From: Candidatus Fervidifonticultor sextus
GTDB lineage: Bacteria > Sysuimicrobiota > Sysuimicrobiia > Sysuimicrobiales > Humicultoraceae
Length of the DNA: 21,752 nt
Assembly (NCBI GenBank): GCA_031459875.1
Contig: JAVKHQ010000039.1
Coordinates: 1-21,752, forward strand
Reading direction: 5' to 3'
The translations under genes and the position numbers were made by a program. Shown piece by piece: positions 7,181 to 16,445 of this stretch (the first letter of the stretch is position 1; each line of letters begins with the position of its first letter). A model generated the notes under the pieces. That model ran no database searches. It was given only the letters and a program-made list of their open reading frames with translations, and was not told the origin of the DNA.

Positions 7181-8713
7181 ATGAGCACAGTGCAGCGGGT
7201 CGCGGTCCTGGTCGCGATCGTTCTGCTGTGGACGACCGTGAGGGGCACCTCCGCCCCGCCGGCGGCCGCCCAGGGCCCCAATCGCTTGGTGGTCGGCATC
7301 GGCTCCATCCCCAACACGCCCGACCCCCACCTGGACAGCACCGCCAACGCCCTGCCGGCCTACGCGACGCTCTTCGAGAAACTGGTCGCGACCGACGGGA
7401 AGGGCGGGTTCAGGGGGGTGCTGGCCCGCTCCTGGCGGCCGGTGGATCCCACGACGTGGGAGTTCGTGCTCCACTCCGGGGTACGCTTCCACAACGGCAT
7501 GAGCCTTACCGCAGACGACGTCAAATTCACCATCGAGCGGATCCTCGACCCGGCGACCCGGTCGCCGTGGCTGGGCCGGATCTCGGCCATCGAGCGCGTG
7601 GAGGTGACCGGCCCGCTGACATTCCGCATTGTGACGCGCGGGCCGTTCGCCCCGCTGCTGCAGGGGCTGACCGTGGTGGACATCCTGCCGGCGGCCTACT
7701 TCCAGGAGCGGGGCCCGGCCGGCTTCGCCGCAGCACCGGTTGGTACCGGGCCCTTCGTCTTCGGTGAGTGGCACCGCCAAGACCGGATGGTGGTGCGCGC
7801 GAACCCCGGCTACTGGCGGGGCCGGCCGCGGCTTGACGAGGTCGTCTTCCGCGCCATTCCCGAGGACTCCACGCGGGTCGCTGGCCTGGAAACCGGGGAG
7901 CTGGACGTGGGGGTGCTGGTCCCGCCCGAGCAGGTGGACCGCCTGAAGGCACGCGGGCTCCAGCTGGGAACGGTCAACCTGGGTCAGGGCATGGTCGTGA
8001 ACCTCCGCTCCAACGTCCCCGGGCCGCTCCAGCAGCGCAAGGTCCGTCAGGCACTGAACTACGCCGTCGACAAGGAAGCCATCCTGCAGTCGATCCTGCG
8101 CGGCTACGGCCGGATCCTCGACGGCCAGGTGGTCGGTCCCGACGCCTTCGGGCACAATGCCAACCTCAAGCCCTACCCCTACGACCTGCCCCGGGCGCGA
8201 CGGCTGCTGGCAGAAGCCGGTCTCGGTGGCGGCTTCGAGGTCACGTTCCACGGCACCATCGGCCGCTACACGAAAGACAAGGAAATCGAGGAACTCGTCA
8301 TCGGGCAGCTGGCCGAAATCGGGGTGCGGGCCCGCCTGGAGATCGTGGAAGGCGGCGTCTACATCCAGCGCCACATTGCACGCACGCTGGGCCCGCTGTG
8401 GATCTGGGCCTGGCAGTACTTCCCTGCCATGGACGCCGACCTGCCGCTGAACTTCTTCACCTGCGCCGGCGTCGGGAACTTTTTCTGCAGCCGCGATTTC
8501 GACGAGCTGTTCGCCCAGAGCCGCCGCGAGATGGACGCCTCCCGGCGGCGGGCCCTGCTGCAGCGGGTCGCACTGCTGGTACGGGAGGAGGCACCGGTGA
8601 TCTTCCTGGTGCAGACACCGGGCATCTACGCAGCCCAGTCGCGGGTGAAGGGGTTTGCCTGGCGCCCCGACTACCTGATGGATCTCCACCGCGTCGAGGT
8701 GGGCCCGCGCTAG
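7181..8713 (+). CDS. ABC transporter substrate-binding protein, family 5 (DppA/OppA/NikA-like)
   Basis: AGGAGG RBS, signal peptide, LARSW, GVRFHNG..LTADDVKFT, PVGTGPF, VRQALNYAVD. Confidence 0.94.
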   Translation: MSTVQRVAVLVAIVLLWTTVRGTSAPPAAAQGPNRLVVGIGSIPNTPDPHLDSTANALPAYATLFEKLVATDGKGGFRGVLARSWRPVDPTTWEFVLHSGVRFHNGMSLTADDVKFTIERILDPATRSPWLGRISAIERVEVTGPLTFRIVTRGPFAPLLQGLTVVDILPAAYFQERGPAGFAAAPVGTGPFVFGEWHRQDRMVVRANPGYWRGRPRLDEVVFRAIPEDSTRVAGLETGELDVGVLVPPEQVDRLKARGLQLGTVNLGQGMVVNLRSNVPGPLQQRKVRQALNYAVDKEAILQSILRGYGRILDGQVVGPDAFGHNANLKPYPYDLPRARRLLAEAGLGGGFEVTFHGTIGRYTKDKEIEELVIGQLAEIGVRARLEIVEGGVYIQRHIARTLGPLWIWAWQYFPAMDADLPLNFFTCAGVGNFFCSRDFDELFAQSRREMDASRRRALLQRVALLVREEAPVIFLVQTPGIYAAQSRVKGFAWRPDYLMDLHRVEVGPR

Positions 8714-8735
8714 GCACCGGGGTCGGGGGACGGCC

Positions 8736-9653
8736 ATGGCTGGCTACGTGGCCAGGCGCCTGCTGGATGCTGCGTTGGGCGTGCTGGGCGTCACCACCAT
8801 CGCCTTCCTGGCGATCCGGCTGTCGGGCGACCCGGTGGCGCTGCTCGTCACCGAGTACGCCACGCCCGAGGACATCGCCCGGGTGCGACGGACCCTGGGA
8901 CTTGACCAGCCGCTGTGGGTGCAGTATGCCCGGTTCCTGGCCGACGCCCTGCGGGGAAACTTCGGTGAGTCGCTGCGCTTTATCAAGCCCGCGGCGCCGC
9001 TGGTCTACAGCGCGCTGCCCGCCACGGTGCAGCTGGCCGCAGCCGCGCTTCTGGTGGCGCTGGCGGTGGCTCTGCCCCTGGGGATGGTGGCCGGCGTGCG
9101 CCGCGGCTCAGCGATCGACGGCGCCGCGATCGTCCTGGCCACCCTGGGTCAGTCAATGCCATACTTCTGGCTGGGGATCCTCCTCATCATGGTGTTTGCC
9201 GTGCGGCTCCAGTGGCTGCCGGCCTTCGGCAGCGAGAGCTGGCGACACCTGATCCTTCCGGCCCTGACGCTGGCCATGACCCCGATGGCCCGGATTGCCC
9301 GCATCGTGCGCTCGGGCATGGTGGAGGTGTTGACCCAGGACTACATCCGCACCGCGCACGCCAAGGGCCTGCGGGCCAGCGCCGTGGTCGTGCGCCACGC
9401 CCTGCCCAACCTAGCCATTCCGCTGGTGACGCTGTTGGCCCTGGACTTCGGGACGCTGCTGGGCGGTGCTGTGGTAACCGAGACGATCTTCGCCTGGCCG
9501 GGTGTCGGCCGGCTGGTGGTGCAGGCGATTCAGAGCCGCGACTACCCGGTGGTGCAGGCTGTGGTCTTCTACCTGGCCACGGCGGTGGTGCTGATCAACC
9601 TGACGCTGGATGTGATCTATGCCCGTCTGGACCCACGCGTGCGCTACGGCTAG
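8736..9653 (+). CDS. Peptide/nickel ABC permease (DppB-like)
   Basis: GLDQPLWVQY, G.FG.S, EAA-type loop DYIRTAHAKGL, ETIFAWPGVGR, RDYPVVQ, LDPRVR. Confidence 0.95.
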   Translation: MAGYVARRLLDAALGVLGVTTIAFLAIRLSGDPVALLVTEYATPEDIARVRRTLGLDQPLWVQYARFLADALRGNFGESLRFIKPAAPLVYSALPATVQLAAAALLVALAVALPLGMVAGVRRGSAIDGAAIVLATLGQSMPYFWLGILLIMVFAVRLQWLPAFGSESWRHLILPALTLAMTPMARIARIVRSGMVEVLTQDYIRTAHAKGLRASAVVVRHALPNLAIPLVTLLALDFGTLLGGAVVTETIFAWPGVGRLVVQAIQSRDYPVVQAVVFYLATAVVLINLTLDVIYARLDPRVRYG

Positions 9654-9679
9654 CGGTCGCAGCGGCGACCGACCCCGCC

Positions 9680-10555
9680 ATGGCTAGCGCGGTGCTCTGG
9701 CCGGTGGCGATCCGCAGGGCAGCCCGGCGCCGCCGCGGGCACGTGGTGGCCGCCGCAGCAGCGGGGTTCCTGGCGGTGACCGCAGCGGCCGCGCTGCTGG
9801 CGCCCTGGATCGTGCCGCATCCCCCGACGCGCCAGCAAATCGCCCGTCGCCTCACCCCACCGGCATGGGCGGGGGGCGGGTGGGAGCACCTGCTCGGCAC
9901 CGATCAGCTGGGGCGCGACATCGCCAGCCGCATCCTCTACGGCACGCGGGTCTCCCTGGGCGTGGCGCTGGTGGCGGTCACCCTGGCCGGGGCCACGGGC
10001 ACCGCGCTGGGCGTTGTGGCCGGGTATTACGGCGGGGGCATCGAGCGCCTCCTGACCCGCCTGGCGGACGTGCAGCTGGCGTTCCCGCTGACGCTGCTGG
10101 TCATCACGCTCATCGCCCTCCTGGGCCCGGGGTTGGGCAACGTGATCGCGGCCATGGCGCTGGGCGGGTGGGCAACGTATTTCCGCATGGCCCGTGCCCA
10201 GGTCCTCTCCCTGCGCGAGGCCGAGTACGTGCTGGCGGCTCGGTGCCTAGGCATCCCCGATGCCCGCATCGCCTTCCGCCACGTGCTGCCCAACGCGCTG
10301 TCGCCGCTGGTGGTGCTGGCCTCGTTCTCGGTGGCGCAGGTGATCATCCTGGAGTCCGCGCTGAGTTTTCTCGGGCTGGGCGTGCAGCCGCCCATTCCGA
10401 CCTGGGGGGCGATGCTGGCCGACAGCCGGGACTACCTGGCCATCGCCTGGTGGCTGGCGGCGTTTCCCGGACTGGCCCTGATGCTGACGGTGCTGGCCAT
10501 CAACCTGCTGGGCGACTGGCTGCGCGACCTGCTGGATCCCAGACTCGTGGTATGA
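9680..10555 (+). CDS. Peptide/nickel ABC permease (DppC-like)
   Basis: HLLGTDQLGRD, EYVLAAR..G, RHVLPN, ESALSFLGLG, GDWLRDLLDPR; start uncertain. Confidence 0.92.
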   Translation: MASAVLWPVAIRRAARRRRGHVVAAAAAGFLAVTAAAALLAPWIVPHPPTRQQIARRLTPPAWAGGGWEHLLGTDQLGRDIASRILYGTRVSLGVALVAVTLAGATGTALGVVAGYYGGGIERLLTRLADVQLAFPLTLLVITLIALLGPGLGNVIAAMALGGWATYFRMARAQVLSLREAEYVLAARCLGIPDARIAFRHVLPNALSPLVVLASFSVAQVIILESALSFLGLGVQPPIPTWGAMLADSRDYLAIAWWLAAFPGLALMLTVLAINLLGDWLRDLLDPRLVV

Positions 10556-10568
10556 GGGGTCTGGGCCG

Positions 10569-11282
10569 ATGATGCGTCTGTCCCTGTCCAAGCAGCTGGC
10601 CCGACGGCTGCGACACGAAATCACCGCGGGACGCTTCGCCGCTAGCGAACGGCTCCCGTCGGAGGCGACCCTGGCCCGGGCGTTCCATGTGAGCCGCATG
10701 ACGCTGCGCGAAGCACTCCGCGCCCTTGAGGAAGAAGGCCTGCTGGTCCGGCGCCACGGGGTGGGGGCCTTCATCACGCGGCAGGTCGTGGCAGGGCTGG
10801 AGCGGCTGGAGAGTTTCACCGAGACGATCCGGCGCGCCGGAAGCGTTGCCCGCGACCGCGTGTTGACCATCCGCATGGTGATGCTCGGGGAGGCCGAGGC
10901 GCGGGCGCTGGACCGCCCGCCCGCCAGCCCCGGCGTGCTGGTGGAAAGCCTGCGCTACGCCGACGGGGCTCCCGTCATCTACTGCGAGGACGTCCTGCCG
11001 CTGGATCTGGTGGGCACGGCGCAGCACGTGCAACAGCGGCGAGAACGCGAGTCCCTGCAGGACTACCTGGAGCAGGACGTGGGCATCGTCCTGCGTCGGG
11101 CCGTCCTGGCCCTGTACGCCGTGGCGGCTCCAGCCACGGTGGCGCGACGGCTGGGCGTCGCCCGCGGGCGCCCGGTCCTGCTGCTGCGCGGGACGGCCGT
11201 GGACACGGCAAGCCGGCCGGTCTACTTCTCCACCAACTACGTCCGCACCGATCGGTACGTGTTCACCGTGGTACGCCGGTAG
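10569..11282 (+). CDS. GntR family regulator, HutC subfamily (UTRA domain)
   Basis: RLPSEATLA..F.VSRMTLREAL..L..EGL..RRHGVGAF; C-terminal LR.ADG.P...RPVYFS..YVR.DRYVF. Confidence 0.93.
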   Translation: MMRLSLSKQLARRLRHEITAGRFAASERLPSEATLARAFHVSRMTLREALRALEEEGLLVRRHGVGAFITRQVVAGLERLESFTETIRRAGSVARDRVLTIRMVMLGEAEARALDRPPASPGVLVESLRYADGAPVIYCEDVLPLDLVGTAQHVQQRRERESLQDYLEQDVGIVLRRAVLALYAVAAPATVARRLGVARGRPVLLLRGTAVDTASRPVYFSTNYVRTDRYVFTVVRR

Positions 11283-11383
11283 GCCCCAAAGCACCCTGTC
11301 GGCCTCCCGGGACCCGGGACTCGGCGGCGCCAGCCACCGGATGAGCACAGCACCGCTGGCCCCCCACGCTGGCCGGCCCGCGA

Positions 11384-11392
11384 TGCTACAAT
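11384..11392 (+). promoter_or_regulatory. Putative extended -10 promoter for unit B
   Basis: TG-C-TACAAT, 36 nt upstream of the tctC-like start, in otherwise GC-rich intergenic DNA. Confidence 0.6.
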
Positions 11393-11428
11393 GAACATAA
11401 CCGGACTGTCGCGATGGGGGGGACTCCC

Positions 11429-12388
11429 ATGACCAACCGGAAGTTCTGTCTCGCCGCGTTGCTGATCGCGGTGGCGCTCCTGGTACCCGGCGTCTCCGGA
11501 TGGGCCGCCTATCCCGAGCGCCCCATCAAGTTCATCATCCCCTGGGCGGCCGGTGGGGATACCGATGCGATCATGCGCGTCGTGGCCCGAGGCCTGGAGA
11601 AGGAGCTCGGGGTGCCCGTGGTGGTCACCAACATCCCCGGCGCGTCGGGCACCGTGGGCGCCCGCGAGGCCAAGGCAGCGGCCGCCGACGGGTACACGGT
11701 CTTTGCCGTGCACGACTCGATCCACACCACGTTCTACACGGGCGTGGCGGAGGTGAACTACTGGGACTACACCCCTGTGTGCCTCATCACCTCCACGCCC
11801 TCTATCGTCGCCACGCATGCACTGCGGTGGCGCACCATGAAAGAGCTCGTCGAGGACGCCAGCAGGCGGCCCGACGAGATCAAGGCCGGCGCCACCCTGG
11901 GCTCCACCAGCCACTTCTTCCTGGCCCTGATCGAGAGAAAGGTGGGGACACGGCTGTGGCGGTACGTGCACTACGAGGGCACGGCCCCGCGGATGACGGC
12001 GCTGCTGGGCGGCCACATTGACGTCGCCGAGACCAACCTGACCCAGATCGACAAGATGCGCGGCGGCCAGATGCGCCTGCTGGCCATCGCCACCGAGAAG
12101 CGCCACCCGGAGGCCCGGACGATTCCGACGCTGAAGGAGCTGAGCATCGACGTCACATACGCGGTCAACCGCGGGCTCGTGACGCCCAGGGGGACGCCCG
12201 AGGTGGTGGTGACGCGGCTGGAGCAGGCCTGCGAGAAGGTGGCCCGCGATCCGGCGTTCGCCGAGGCGATGCGCCTGCAGGGCACCGACGTGCGGTTCCT
12301 CAACCGCCAGCAGTACACCATCTTCCTGCGGGAGAACGACGCGCTGAACAAGGGGCTGGCGGACGCCCTCGGCTACCGTCGGCGCTAG
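11429..12388 (+). CDS. tctC: Tripartite tricarboxylate transporter substrate-binding protein (TctC/Bug family)
   Basis: Signal peptide, YPERPIKFIIPWAAGGDTD, N.PGASG.VG, ADGYT, ALLGGHID, IPTLKE. Confidence 0.92.
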   Translation: MTNRKFCLAALLIAVALLVPGVSGWAAYPERPIKFIIPWAAGGDTDAIMRVVARGLEKELGVPVVVTNIPGASGTVGAREAKAAAADGYTVFAVHDSIHTTFYTGVAEVNYWDYTPVCLITSTPSIVATHALRWRTMKELVEDASRRPDEIKAGATLGSTSHFFLALIERKVGTRLWRYVHYEGTAPRMTALLGGHIDVAETNLTQIDKMRGGQMRLLAIATEKRHPEARTIPTLKELSIDVTYAVNRGLVTPRGTPEVVVTRLEQACEKVARDPAFAEAMRLQGTDVRFLNRQQYTIFLRENDALNKGLADALGYRRR

Positions 12389-12405
12389 ACCGGCGGTCGG
12401 GTGCC

Positions 12406-12924
12406 ATGGGGTGGGACGGCGTCATCGGGCTGCTGTTGCTGGCGGCCGGCGCCGCCTTGTGGCGGGCTGCGGGGGAGATCCCGCAGCCCCCCTTCCTTCC
12501 GCTGGGACCGGACTTCTACCCGCGCCTGCTGCTCGGCGTGCTGGCGGTCCTGGCGGCGGCCCTGGTCGTCGCCGACCTCCGGGCGCACCGGCGCGCGTCC
12601 GGAGAACGGCGCACGACGCCGCCACAATATCCGGCTGACCTGGCGCCGGGCGCCCCTGCGCCACCAAAGACACCCACGGCCTGGGCGCGGCACCGCCGTG
12701 TCCTGTGGACCTACCTCCTCTTCGGTGTCTACGTGGCCCTGATGCCGGTGCTGGGGTTCCGCCTGGCCACGTGGGCGTTCGTCGGCCTCCTCACGTGGGT
12801 CCTCGGCCCCCGCACCCCATCCCAGGTGGCGGTCAGCCTGGCCGCCGGGCTCGCCACGGCCCTCCTCACCCACGCCATCTTCGAAACCTCCCTGCGGATC
12901 CTGCTGCCCCGCGGGCTCTGGTAG
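12406..12924 (+). CDS. tctB: TctB family small membrane subunit
   Basis: GPDFYPR, hydrophobic helices, LGF, C-terminal LPRG; located between tctC and tctA. Confidence 0.87.
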   Translation: MGWDGVIGLLLLAAGAALWRAAGEIPQPPFLPLGPDFYPRLLLGVLAVLAAALVVADLRAHRRASGERRTTPPQYPADLAPGAPAPPKTPTAWARHRRVLWTYLLFGVYVALMPVLGFRLATWAFVGLLTWVLGPRTPSQVAVSLAAGLATALLTHAIFETSLRILLPRGLW

Positions 12925-12927
12925 GCG

Positions 12928-14460
12928 ATGAGCGGCCCCTGGCTGGACGCGGCAGTCGCGGTGGTGAGCCCGCCCATCCTGGTGCCCCTGGCCGTCGGGG
13001 TGGCAGCGGGGCTGCTCGGCGGCGCCATCCCCGGGATCACCATCACGCTCACGGTGATCCTGGTACTCCCCTTCACCTTCGGCATGGATCCGCTGCAGGG
13101 GCTTGCCACGATGATCGGCGTCTACGTGGGCGGCGAGTCGGGCGGGCTCGTCACCGCCTCGCTGCTGGGCATCCCCGGGACGCCGTCCGCCATCGCCACC
13201 ACCTTTGACGGCTATCCCATGACCCGACGCGGTGAGCCCGGCCGTGCGGTGTGGCTGGGGATCTGGGCGGGCCTGCTGGGCGGGCTGCTGGCGGGTATCC
13301 CGCTGGTGACGGGCGCCCTCACGCTGGCCCGGCTGGCCCTCTCCTTCGGCCCGTGGGAGTACTTCAGCCTCTTCGTGCTGACGCTGAGCATCGTCTCAGG
13401 GCTCTCCGAACAGTCGCTGCTGAAGGGGCTGATCTCTGCCACCGTCGGCCTGCTGGTGACCGTCATCGGCTCCGACCCCATGATGGGGGTGGCCCGGTTC
13501 ACCTTCGGCGCGGAGGCGCTGCGCAGCGGGTTTCCCTTCCTGGCGGTGCTCATCGGCGTCTACGCCTTCGCCCAGCTCATGGGCGAGATGGAACGCCAGG
13601 CCCGGGCTGGGGCCGCGGAGGCCCGGCCGGTGGACCTGTCGGTCTCGCACCTGCAGGTGCTCCGCGAGATCCTGAGGCAGTGGGGCAACCTCGTGCGGTC
13701 CACCCTCATCGGGCTGTGGATCGGCGTCCTGCCGGCAGTCGGGGGGTCGGCGGCCAACGTGCTGGCCTACGATCAAGCGAAGAAGGCGTCCCGGACGCCG
13801 GAGCGGTTCGGGACCGGCATCCCCGACGGCATTGTAGCCAGCGAGTCCGCCAACAACGCCAACATCGCCGGGTCGCTGGTCACCATGATGGCGTTCGGCA
13901 TTCCCGGCGATGCGGTCACGGCCGTCATGCTCGGCGCCCTGATCATCCACGGGATCGCGCCGGGACCGACGTTCATCGCATCGCGCCCTCACCTGGCGTA
14001 CGGGATTTTCGCCGCGTACTTTGCGGCCACCGTGCTCACGGTCCTGGTGGAAGCGGGGTTGCTGCGCCTGCTGCTGCGGGTGGTGCGGGCGCCGCTGCAC
14101 CTGCTGGTGCCGATCATTTTGGTCCTGGCGGCGGTGGGCACCTACGCCCTCAACAACCTCGTGGCCAACGTGTGGGTGCTCTTCGCCTTCGGCATCGTGG
14201 GCTACCTGATGGTAAAGACGGGCTTTCCGCTGGCGCCGCTGGTCCTGGGGGTGATCCTGGGTGACCAGATCGAGGTGAACCTCATCCGGGCGCTGATGAC
14301 CGAGCCCAACCCGCTGCTGTTCGTTGCACGCCCGCTGTCGGGGCTGATGCTGGCGCTGGCCGTGGGCAGCTTCGCCCTGGGCGTCTACCAACAGCGCCGC
14401 CAGGCCCGCGCCCGCCCGGCTCCTGACGCTGCGGCGCCGCCGACTGCCGGGACGGGATGA
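12928..14460 (+). CDS. tctA: TctA family large membrane subunit
   Basis: GAIPG, GIPGTPSA..T.FDGYPM, ESANNA, GIPGD, HGI.PGP, PLVLG.ILG. Confidence 0.94.
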   Translation: MSGPWLDAAVAVVSPPILVPLAVGVAAGLLGGAIPGITITLTVILVLPFTFGMDPLQGLATMIGVYVGGESGGLVTASLLGIPGTPSAIATTFDGYPMTRRGEPGRAVWLGIWAGLLGGLLAGIPLVTGALTLARLALSFGPWEYFSLFVLTLSIVSGLSEQSLLKGLISATVGLLVTVIGSDPMMGVARFTFGAEALRSGFPFLAVLIGVYAFAQLMGEMERQARAGAAEARPVDLSVSHLQVLREILRQWGNLVRSTLIGLWIGVLPAVGGSAANVLAYDQAKKASRTPERFGTGIPDGIVASESANNANIAGSLVTMMAFGIPGDAVTAVMLGALIIHGIAPGPTFIASRPHLAYGIFAAYFAATVLTVLVEAGLLRLLLRVVRAPLHLLVPIILVLAAVGTYALNNLVANVWVLFAFGIVGYLMVKTGFPLAPLVLGVILGDQIEVNLIRALMTEPNPLLFVARPLSGLMLALAVGSFALGVYQQRRQARARPAPDAAAPPTAGTG

Positions 14461-14529
14461 TCTCAGAGTTCAGGGGTCGGGCACAGGACGCAAACCGGCG
14501 AGCCGGCGAGCGCGGCGAGCCGCCCGGCA

Positions 14530-14558
14530 TTGACCCCACCCGGCAGCCGTGATATGGT
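14530..14558 (+). promoter_or_regulatory. sigma70-type promoter for unit C
   Basis: TTGACC (14530-14535), 17-nt spacer ending in TGn, TATGGT (14553-14558). Confidence 0.7.
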
Positions 14559-14570
14559 GGCACCAAGGAC

Positions 14571-14589
14571 TCTTCAGATCACCTGATGA
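14571..14589. promoter_or_regulatory. Imperfect palindrome, candidate operator for the adjacent GntR/FCD regulator
   Basis: TCTTCAGATCACCTGATGA: 7 of 9 arm positions are complementary; it lies just downstream of the promoter and overlaps the ATG. Confidence 0.45.
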
Positions 14590-15374
14590 GTGCGCTTCCC
14601 GGCAGGCAGAGACCACCGGCGACCCTCTCCTCCGTCCGCGTGGCACCTCAGCGCCTCTCCGACGCGGTGGCGCGAAAACTGCTGGAGCGCATCCGGGACG
14701 AGACCTTCCGCCCCGGGACCAAACTCCCCTCGGGACGGGCGCTGGCCAGCACGTTCGGGGTCAGCCAGGCCACGCTGCGGGAAGCCCTCCGTACGCTGGA
14801 GACGATGGGCGCCGTGGTCATCCAGCACGGGCGGGGCGTCTTCGTGCAGCCGGGCGGCTCGCTGAATGGTGTCTGGTCCACTCGCTGGATGGCGTGGACC
14901 CTCCAGCACGCCTCATCGCTGATCGACCTGCTGGAGGTCCAGGAGGCAGTCGAGGCCAAGGCGGCGTGGCTGGCGGCGGTCAACGGGACGCGACAGGACC
15001 ACGCCCGCCTCGATGCGATCCTGCGGGAGGCCCAGGCGCTGGTGCAGGCAGGCCGGCGTCGGGGCACAGACGGCGAGGTGCTGGCATCCTACGTCAGGCT
15101 GGACTATGCCCTCCACCACGCCCTCGCAGACGCCGCCCGCAACGCCTTCCTGCGCAGCCTCGTGGAGGGGCTGGGCTCGGCCCTCCGCGGGAGCCGCGAG
15201 GCGACGCTGGCCATCCCGGGCCGCATCCGGCGGTCGCTGCGGGAGCACCGCCGCATCGTGGCGGCGGTCAAGCGCGGCAACGCGGAGGCCGCCCGCACCG
15301 CGATGCAGGCCCACGTCCGCCGGGTACTGGAAGAAGTGCGGTCCGCCGCCCGCCTCTCGGCGAGGTCGCGGTAG
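14586..15374 (+). CDS. GntR family regulator, FadR subfamily (FCD domain)
   Basis: PG.KLPS...LA..FGVS...LREAL..LE; LLEV..AVE, D..LH..LA.AARN, EH..I..A...G, M.AH. The start may be slightly downstream. Confidence 0.92.
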   Translation: MSALPGRQRPPATLSSVRVAPQRLSDAVARKLLERIRDETFRPGTKLPSGRALASTFGVSQATLREALRTLETMGAVVIQHGRGVFVQPGGSLNGVWSTRWMAWTLQHASSLIDLLEVQEAVEAKAAWLAAVNGTRQDHARLDAILREAQALVQAGRRRGTDGEVLASYVRLDYALHHALADAARNAFLRSLVEGLGSALRGSREATLAIPGRIRRSLREHRRIVAAVKRGNAEAARTAMQAHVRRVLEEVRSAARLSARSR

Positions 15375-15377
15375 GCC

Positions 15378-16385
15378 ATGGGCAGGCGCGTGGTGATCTC
15401 GTTCACGCGGATCCCCGCCGGACCCGTCAGCGGCTTCATTGACTTCGCGCGGTACGGGCGGAGCCTGGGATTCGACCGGCTGTGGATCCCGGACCAGACG
15501 TACCACCACGATCCGTTCGTGCTGCTGGCGGCCGTGGCCCACGCCGTCCCGGGCTTAGAACTCGGCCTGGCCGTCACCAACCCCTACACCCGCCACCCGG
15601 TCCAGATCGCCCGGGCCGCTGCGACCGTGGCGGAGGTCTGCGGCGGGCGCTTCCTGCTCGGGCTTGGCGCGGGCAACCGCAAGCACGTCCTGGAGCGGCT
15701 GGCCATCGACGGCGGCGGCGCGGCCGCGCGCGTGCGCGAGGCCACCGTGCTCATCCGCCGGCTGCTGCGGGGTGAGACGGTGGACCACGAGGGCGCGTGG
15801 ACGCTGCGCGGCATCCGGCTGGAACGCGATGGCCCTGTGGACGTGCCGATCGTCATCGGGACCCGCAACCCGCTCATGCTGCACGTGGCGGGCGAGGTGG
15901 GCGACGGGGTCATGCTGGAGTCCCTGGTGTCCCCGGAGGCCCAGGCCTACGGGCTCGGGAAGGTCCGGGCAGGGGCGCGGGCCGCCGGACGCACGCTGGA
16001 CGGGCTGGAAGTCGTCGCCTGGCAGAGCGTCCTGGTGACCGACCGGCGGGCTGACGGCATCAACGCCCTGAGGCCGTGGGTCGCCTATCTGCTGGGCATG
16101 ACCACACCCGCGGTGGCCCGCCGCATGGGCATCCGCCCCGAGACGATCGAGCAGGTCCACCGCGCCTTCGCCGAGCGGAATCCGGAGGCGGCGGTGTCGG
16201 TGGTGGGCGACGAAGAGGTCGACCGCTTCGTGATCGTCGGCGACCCCGAGCAGGTGGCATCCCGCTGCACGAGCCTGATCCGCGGCGGGGCTACGGACGT
16301 CACCGTGCAGGTATGGCCGGACGCCGCCGGGGCCGAGACGCTGCGGCGCTTTGCAGAAAACGTGCGGCCCCGTCTGGCGATCTGA
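15378..16385 (+). CDS. LLM-class flavin/F420-dependent oxidoreductase, Mer-like
   Basis: GFDRLWIPD, DPFV, AVTNPYTRHP, GRFLLGLGAG, AGEVGDGV, VGDPEQV. Confidence 0.9.
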   Translation: MGRRVVISFTRIPAGPVSGFIDFARYGRSLGFDRLWIPDQTYHHDPFVLLAAVAHAVPGLELGLAVTNPYTRHPVQIARAAATVAEVCGGRFLLGLGAGNRKHVLERLAIDGGGAAARVREATVLIRRLLRGETVDHEGAWTLRGIRLERDGPVDVPIVIGTRNPLMLHVAGEVGDGVMLESLVSPEAQAYGLGKVRAGARAAGRTLDGLEVVAWQSVLVTDRRADGINALRPWVAYLLGMTTPAVARRMGIRPETIEQVHRAFAERNPEAAVSVVGDEEVDRFVIVGDPEQVASRCTSLIRGGATDVTVQVWPDAAGAETLRRFAENVRPRLAI

Positions 16386-16445
16386 GGAAAGCGGCACGTT
16401 CCCAGACGGCTCCCAGTCGGGGGGCTTGGAGAGGAGGGAGTGACG

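Noticed and set aside
11304..11319. Palindrome TCCCGGGACCCGGGA after the UTRA regulator
   Set aside because: Loop too small and no U tract; cannot be supported as a terminator or operator.
14473..14537. GCACAGGACGCAAACCGG superficially resembles a c-di-GMP-I riboswitch 5' end; CGGCGAGC occurs three times
   Set aside because: No GNRA loop/receptor or second GCAAAG-led stem; it lies upstream of the promoter; short GC repeats are expected at this composition.
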